64,000 nucleotides of DNA, from assembly GCF_036404185.1 (NCBI RefSeq), contig NZ_DASWPB010000087.1:3532-67531 (forward strand), in the 5' to 3' direction. A program made the position numbers and the translations under genes. This DNA comes from Lacisediminihabitans sp. GTDB taxonomy: Bacteria; Actinomycetota; Actinomycetes; Actinomycetales; Microbacteriaceae. A model generated the notes under the pieces. The model was not told the origin of the DNA, ran no database searches, and saw only the letters and a program-made list of their open reading frames with translations. Below, in pieces: positions 58,777 through 64,000 of the stretch; position 1 is the stretch's first letter; each line of letters starts with the position of its first letter.

Positions 58777-59268
58777 TCAGCCCAGCAACCGCCCAGACGA
58801 GTCCCCGGGGCCGCGAACGGTCTCGACCTCCTCGGAGCTCAGCTCCCGTCCGGAGCCGTCGACAAAAGCCACCCTCGTGGGTGCGCCCGTCGCCAGCTCG
58901 CGGTAGATCGTCGCCGGTCCGCTCGGGTTGGGCCGGTAGGCATCCCCCCAGGCGGTCAGCGCGGCGAGCGTGGTGCGCAGCGCGCGACCGCTCTCGGTGA
59001 GGTGGTAGCTGTAGCGCTCCCTGGCGCCGTCCTCCCGATAGGACCGCCGCTCCATGACTCCGTGATCGACGAGGGTCGTCAGCCGGTCGGCCAGGATGTC
59101 CGACGAGACCCCCAGCCTCTCCTTGAACTCGGAGAAGCGAGTTCGCCCCCACATCGCCTCGCGCACGATGAGGAGGGTCCACTTCTCCCCGAGCACCTCG
59201 AGACTGCGGGCGATCGAACACGTCGGGGCGGGACGGGAGGCGGGACGGAGGGTGGCTGTCGCGGACAT
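58777..59268 (-). CDS. HxlR family wHTH regulator
   Basis: CSIARSLEVLGEKWTLLIVREA, RFSEF, Y.LTESG. Confidence 0.93.
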   Translation of the reverse strand: MSATATLRPASRPAPTCSIARSLEVLGEKWTLLIVREAMWGRTRFSEFKERLGVSSDILADRLTTLVDHGVMERRSYREDGARERYSYHLTESGRALRTTLAALTAWGDAYRPNPSGPATIYRELATGAPTRVAFVDGSGRELSSEEVETVRGPGDSSGRLLG

Positions 59269-59290
59269 GGGGGAATTCTACCCTTCTGGG

Positions 59291-59332
59291 TTGGATATTC
59301 CAATGGAGGATGCTAGCTTGGGAAAACCAAGC
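59291..59332. promoter_or_regulatory. Tandem candidate HxlR operators
   Basis: Two TTGG-N5-CCAA palindromes (59291-59303, 59318-59330) between the divergent hxlR and MFS genes. Confidence 0.6.
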
Positions 59333-59408
59333 GAGACTTCGCTGGACATCGACCACGCCGACGTCGCCTTCGGTCGAGAGCCGCACCACCCGGACGAAAG
59401 AAGGCGCC

Positions 59409-60605
59409 GTGCCCACTCTCAGCAATCGCAGCAGTTTCTGGACGGCGGCGGCGGTCGTCGCCGTCGCGCTCTGGGCAAGCGGCGCGCCGTCCATGGTCTA
59501 TCCCGTCTACGTGGCCGAGTGGCAGCTGCCTCCCATCGTCATCACCTCGATCTTCGCGGTGTACCCGATCAGCCTCGTGGTCATCCTGGTCATCTTCGGC
59601 AGCATCTCCGACTACATCGGCCGCAGGGCGACGATGCTGGCCGGTGTCACGGCGATGGCCATCGGCATCCTGCTCTTCGCCATCGCCCCGAATGTCGGCT
59701 GGCTGTTCGCCGGCCGGATCTTCCAGGGCATCGGCGTGGGGCTCGCCATGAGCCCGGCGAGCGCCGCGATGGTCGAGTTCAACCCCGGGGGCAACGCGGC
59801 ACGGGCCAGTTCGATCAACACCGCCGCGACGGCCGTCGGCCTCGCACTGGCGACGATCGTCGGAGGGGCCCTCGTGCAGTTCGCGCCGCTGCCGGGGCAC
59901 CTCGCCTACTGGGTGCTCTTCGCGCTCACCCTGGCGCTCATCGTCGCGATCCTGTTCATGCCGCGCAGGGTCGTCGGCACCACCGCGGAGGGTCGCTGGC
60001 GACCCCGCGGGGTGCGGGTCCCGAAGGGACTCGGCGGGGTCTTCATCACCTCGGCGCTGGCCGTCACGGCCGGATTCGCAATGGGCGCCCTTCTGCTCTC
60101 GCTGGGTTCCGAGATCGCCAAGGACCTCATCAACACGGAGAACGCCTTCGTCGCCGGAAGCATCATCGCCCTCTCGGCGGTGGCGATCGGGGTGACGGCC
60201 GTGGTCGCCCGACCACTCGCGCCTCGGACGGCGATCGGCATCGGCGGGCTGACCACGGCCGCAGGGATGGGACTGATCGCGCTGGCGGCGGCGACCGCCT
60301 CGCTTCCCGTGTTCCTGTCCGCGCAGGTCGTCGCGGGGGTCGGATACGGCCTGCTGTTCCTCGGCGGCCTCGGCCTCACCAATAGGCATGCACCGGCCCA
60401 CCACAGGGCGCAGACGCTCTCCGCGGTCTACCTCGTCGCCTACCTCGCCCAGGGACTCATCGCCGTCTCCCTCGGGCTCTCCGCGACCTCGATCGGGCTC
60501 GCCCCCGCCGTCGACATCTGGGCTCCGGTCATCGCGGGGATCTGCATCGCCGCCGCCCTGCTGGCAGCGCTCGTCGGGCGGCGTCGGGCGGCGGTGGTCG
60601 CCTAG
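59409..60605 (+). CDS. MFS transporter
   Basis: About 12 TM, GSISDYIGRR motif A; GAAAGAAGG RBS before GTG 59409. Confidence 0.9.
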   Translation: MPTLSNRSSFWTAAAVVAVALWASGAPSMVYPVYVAEWQLPPIVITSIFAVYPISLVVILVIFGSISDYIGRRATMLAGVTAMAIGILLFAIAPNVGWLFAGRIFQGIGVGLAMSPASAAMVEFNPGGNAARASSINTAATAVGLALATIVGGALVQFAPLPGHLAYWVLFALTLALIVAILFMPRRVVGTTAEGRWRPRGVRVPKGLGGVFITSALAVTAGFAMGALLLSLGSEIAKDLINTENAFVAGSIIALSAVAIGVTAVVARPLAPRTAIGIGGLTTAAGMGLIALAAATASLPVFLSAQVVAGVGYGLLFLGGLGLTNRHAPAHHRAQTLSAVYLVAYLAQGLIAVSLGLSATSIGLAPAVDIWAPVIAGICIAAALLAALVGRRRAAVVA

Positions 60606-60690
60606 ACTCCGATGTCATCGCTCGAGCCGGACCCTCGACTCTCGACTCTCGACCTCGGCTTCGTGATGCGCCAATCGGCGAGTTAAGCTA

Positions 60691-60704
60691 AGAAATAGAC
60701 AAAA
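60691..60704. promoter_or_regulatory. Candidate ROK operator upstream of the ROK gene
   Basis: AGAAATAGACAAAA, exact reverse complement of 61911-61924. Confidence 0.6.
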
Positions 60705-60725
60705 TATCCGTCTCTGCGGTGGAGG

Positions 60726-61910
60726 ATGCCAATGGCGGTCGATGGCTTGGGCATGCTGCTCGCTCTGGTGAGACAGCACCCGGGGGTGACGCGATCGGAG
60801 CTCCTCGAGCAACTCGGATGGTCGCGCGTGACGCTGGAGCGCCGTCTCAACGAGCTCACCGAATCCGGTTTTGTGGTCGCGATCAGCCAGCGCGGCTCCA
60901 CGGGCGGCCGGCCGCCAGAGGGATTCCAGCTCAATGCGGACCACGGGGTGCTCCTCGCGGCCGACATCGGCAGTTCCAGGGCACGATTCGCCGTCACGGA
61001 CTTCCTCGGCACTCCCCTGCTCTCGGTGAGCCGCGCGTTCGACATCGAACTCGGTCCGACCAAGGCCCTCGACATCGTCAGGCATCAGTTCCGCAGCCTG
61101 CTCACCCAGGCCGGATTCGAGCCCGCGGCGGTGCTGGGCATCGGAATCGGCATTCCCGGACCCGTCGATTTCGCGGCGGGGAGGATCATCCATCCGCCCA
61201 CCATGCCCGGCTGGCACGGGGTCGAGCCGGCCGCGGCATTCGAGACCGACTACCCGGGTGCCCCGGTCGCCGTCGACAACAACGCCAACGTCCTCGCCCT
61301 CGGGGAGTACCGCACAACGTGGCGCGATCGCTCGGACCTGCTGCTCATCAAACTCGGTCAGGGGCTCAGCTCCGGACTCGTCCTCGACGGCCGCATCTAC
61401 CGTGGACCCGGCGGCATGGCGGGAGAATTCGGCCACCTCTATTGCCCCGAGGGCACGCAGTGCCGCTGCGGACGCTTCGGCTGCCTGGAGTCCGTCGCCG
61501 GCGGTTGGGCGATCCAGCAGCAGCTCCAATCCGTGGGCAACAACGTGCAGAGCAGCGACGACGTCGTCGGCCTCGCGATGCGCGGCAATTACCTCGCCCT
61601 GGAGCTGCTGACGCGGGCGGGCGAGTTCATCGGCGAGGCCCTGGCGCCCGCCGTGTGCCTGATGAACCCGTCGACCCTCGTGCTCGCGGGCGACCTCGCT
61701 CGGGCAGGAGAGGTGATCGCGGTCCCCATGCGCGCGGCGATCAAGGCCAGGACTCCCGAATACCTTTTCGAACGGCTCACCATCGTGCCAGCCAGGTCGG
61801 GATCCGACGCCGGGGTGATCGGAGCCGCGTTCCTCGCTCAGGACGCGGCCTGCGCGAGGCACGAGCTCACGGGGAGGACAGACAGACGGGCGGACCGCGA
61901 TCCTTCGTAG
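60726..61910 (+). CDS. ROK family transcriptional regulator
   Basis: N-terminal HTH, STGGRPP, GIGIGIPGPVD, DNNAN..ALGE, GEFGH, C.CG..GCLE. Confidence 0.94.
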   Translation: MPMAVDGLGMLLALVRQHPGVTRSELLEQLGWSRVTLERRLNELTESGFVVAISQRGSTGGRPPEGFQLNADHGVLLAADIGSSRARFAVTDFLGTPLLSVSRAFDIELGPTKALDIVRHQFRSLLTQAGFEPAAVLGIGIGIPGPVDFAAGRIIHPPTMPGWHGVEPAAAFETDYPGAPVAVDNNANVLALGEYRTTWRDRSDLLLIKLGQGLSSGLVLDGRIYRGPGGMAGEFGHLYCPEGTQCRCGRFGCLESVAGGWAIQQQLQSVGNNVQSSDDVVGLAMRGNYLALELLTRAGEFIGEALAPAVCLMNPSTLVLAGDLARAGEVIAVPMRAAIKARTPEYLFERLTIVPARSGSDAGVIGAAFLAQDAACARHELTGRTDRRADRDPS

Positions 61911-61932
61911 TTTTGTCTATTTCTGGACAAAA
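61911..61932. promoter_or_regulatory. Palindromic ROK operator upstream of the PTS operon
   Basis: TTTTGTC-N8-GACAAAA. Confidence 0.7.
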
Positions 61933-61995
61933 TTGTCTCGTCATGTTAATGTTTCAGCGTGCGGGCCAGTGACGGCCTCGCGCGGGAGGACAACG

Positions 61996-62478
61996 ATGAC
62001 CTACGCAAGCGTTTCGACGGTTTTGCCCGATGAGGTGTTCGAGCTCGACGCGGCCGCGGACGACTGGCGTGCCGCACTGAAGATCGCCGGCGAGAGGCTG
62101 ACCGCCGGGGGGTTCGCCACTCCGGACTACACCGACGAGATGATCGCGGCCGTCGAGAAGCTCGGTCCGTACATCGTGGTCGCCCCCGGGATCGCCTTCG
62201 CCCATTCGCGGCCGTCTCCCGCCGTGCTGCACACGGGAATGAGCTGGGTGCGGCTCTCGCCTCCCGTCGACTTCGGCAGCGCGAAGAACGACCCCGTCTG
62301 GCTCGTGATCGGGCTGGCGGCGACCGATGAGCAGGCGCACATCGGGGTGATGTCCCAGATCGCCGGAGCGCTCTCGGACTCCGACAGGCTCGAGAGGCTG
62401 CGTACCGCCTCGAGCCCCGAGGAGATCAGGACGATCCTCGCGCCGACGGACTCCCCTCAGGAAGAAGGAAAACGATGA
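61996..62478 (+). CDS. PTS sugar transporter subunit IIA (UlaC-like)
   Basis: GPYIVVAPGIAFAHSRP, FGSAKNDPV; GGAGG RBS. Confidence 0.92.
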   Translation: MTYASVSTVLPDEVFELDAAADDWRAALKIAGERLTAGGFATPDYTDEMIAAVEKLGPYIVVAPGIAFAHSRPSPAVLHTGMSWVRLSPPVDFGSAKNDPVWLVIGLAATDEQAHIGVMSQIAGALSDSDRLERLRTASSPEEIRTILAPTDSPQEEGKR

Positions 62479-62747
62479 ACATCATTTGCGTGTGCGGCAT
62501 GGGAATCGGCACCTCGATACTGCTGAAGATGAGCGTCGACAAGGCCGCGGACGAACTCGGTCTCGACGCGGAGGTGACCACCGCGGACATCGGCACGGCC
62601 AAGGGAGCCGCGCAGGGCGCCGATCTGATCCTGACCTCGGGAGAGCTCGCCGAAGAGCTCGGCGGAGTCTCAACGCCGGTCATCGTGATCGACAACTTCA
62701 TGGACGGTGACGAGATAAAGAAGAAGCTCCAAGAAGCCACCAGCTGA
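62475..62747 (+). CDS. PTS sugar transporter subunit IIB (UlaB-like)
   Basis: ICVCGMGIGTS phosphorylation loop. Confidence 0.93.
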   Translation: MNIICVCGMGIGTSILLKMSVDKAADELGLDAEVTTADIGTAKGAAQGADLILTSGELAEELGGVSTPVIVIDNFMDGDEIKKKLQEATS

Positions 62748-62887
62748 GCTAGCCACTCACGACTCGACAACGACGCGGGCGCACCGCAACGATGCGCTCG
62801 TGCGGTGTCGTGCGCCCCGAACAGTCCCTGTCGTCTCACCGGAGACGGATCATCGCCCCGCACAACTATTGAGAAAGGACAAAAGTC

Positions 62888-64000
62888 ATGGATTGGTTAG
62901 TCGCGATTCTCGACTTCATCAGCAAGCAGATCCTCAACGTCCCCGCCTACCTGATCGGCATCGTCGCCGCGGTCGGCCTCATCGCCCTTAAGAAGCCGGT
63001 GGGTCAGGTGGTCGGCGGTGGCCTCAAGGCGGCGATGGGCTACCTCATCCTCGGTGCGGGAGCGGCGGTCGTCGTGGCGGCGCTCGCGCCCTTCGGCAAC
63101 CTCATCTTCAAGGTGACCGGGGCGCACGGCGTGGTTCCGACCAACGAGGTCATCACCGCCCAGGCGGCGACACAGTACGGCGCGACCTCCGCATACCTCA
63201 TCGTGGTGAGCTTCATCGTGATGCTGCTCCTGGCACGCTTCACCCCGCTCAGATATGTGTTCCTGACCGGCCACCACATGGTGTTCATGGCGACGCTGCT
63301 TGCCGTGGTCCTCTCGGTCGGCTTCGGTCCGGACAACACGTTGCTCATCGTCCTGGTCGGGTCCGTGCTCATGGGCGTGATCATGGTCGTCATGCCCGCG
63401 TTCGCTCAGCCCTTCATGAACCGGGTGACGAACGACGACAAGCTCGCCATCGGCCACTTCAACACGCTGGGCTACATCACGGCCGGGGCCCTCGGAACCG
63501 CCGTGGGACGCAAGTCGAGATCGACTGAGGATGTGAAGTTCCCGCAGGGACTGAAGTTCCTGCGCGACTCGATGGTCTCGACCACGCTGCTCATGGTGGT
63601 GCTCTACCTGTTCTTCGCCGTGTGGGGTGCCATCGTGCTGCCGCACAGCCAGGCCATGAAGATCTTCGCCTCGTCGGCGACCCCACCGACCGATTTCGGT
63701 GGATACTTCATGGCCGCGTTCGCCCAGGCCCTGCAGTTCGGCATCGGCGTGAGCATCATCCTCTACGGTGTGCGCATCATCCTCGGCGAGCTGGTCCCGG
63801 CCTTCCAGGGCATCGCCAACAAGGTGGTGCCGGGCGCCCGTCCGGCACTCGACGTGCCGATCGTCTTCCCGTTCGCCCCCAACGCCTCGCTCATCGGATT
63901 CATGTCGTCGTTCGTCGGCGGTCTGGTCGCCCTCGGCGTCATCGCCGTCTGGCTCGGCCCGGCCTGGGGCGTCGCGCTCATCCTGCCGGGAATGGTCCCC
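62888..64000 (+). CDS. ulaA: PTS ascorbate-family subunit IIC (UlaA-like), runs off right edge
   Basis: Manual translation MDWLVAILDFISKQILNVPAYLIG...VVPTNE...RFTPLRYVFLTGHH...AIGHF...ELVPAFQGI...ALDVPIVF. Confidence 0.9.
   Translation, partial: MDWLVAILDFISKQILNVPAYLIGIVAAVGLIALKKPVGQVVGGGLKAAMGYLILGAGAAVVVAALAPFGNLIFKVTGAHGVVPTNEVITAQAATQYGATSAYLIVVSFIVMLLLARFTPLRYVFLTGHHMVFMATLLAVVLSVGFGPDNTLLIVLVGSVLMGVIMVVMPAFAQPFMNRVTNDDKLAIGHFNTLGYITAGALGTAVGRKSRSTEDVKFPQGLKFLRDSMVSTTLLMVVLYLFFAVWGAIVLPHSQAMKIFASSATPPTDFGGYFMAAFAQALQFGIGVSIILYGVRIILGELVPAFQGIANKVVPGARPALDVPIVFPFAPNASLIGFMSSFVGGLVALGVIAVWLGPAWGVALILPGMVP

Noticed and set aside
60634-60658. CTCGACT heptamer repeated about three times
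   Set aside because: Too short, and TCGA-rich sequence is common throughout the window
60691-61924. IS element defined by 14-bp terminal inverted repeats
   Set aside because: The enclosed gene is a ROK regulator, not a transposase; no target duplication seen; the repeats fit ROK operators

Overview
High-GC actinobacterial chromosome segment; gene order and protein sequences point to Microbacteriaceae (inference). About 1-30 kb is the conserved minus-strand core block metF(partial)-hflX-dapF-miaA-miaB-recX-recA-clgR-cinA-pgsA-ftsK-rnj-dapA-thyX-dapB-M16 peptidase-pnp, with rpsO at 38 kb. The rest holds accessory metabolic and regulatory genes: MFS transporters, a luciferase-like monooxygenase/FMN reductase pair, hydrolases, a GH51 locus, a HelD-like ATPase, and a ROK-regulated ascorbate-family PTS running off the right end. 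I saw no rRNA, tRNA, CRISPR array or transposase. The best candidate for an undescribed system is an AbiEi-like wHTH + DUF559 nuclease gene inserted between dapA and thyX. It is bracketed by two related ~70-bp palindromes (TCAAGGAG...inner hairpin...CTCCTTGA) and G-rich tandem repeats, a layout resembling REP/RAYT systems but with a different nuclease. A second palindromic insertion scar with a 25-bp duplication lies at 20.4-20.65 kb. Other oddities are a sortase-anchored protein built of Cys-paired repeats beside an HxlR-BTAD fusion regulator, an RNase HI with a ribbon-helix-helix-like tail, a candidate sRNA, and a doubly frameshifted heme-binding-family gene. All family assignments are by eye from sequence motifs; no database searches were run.
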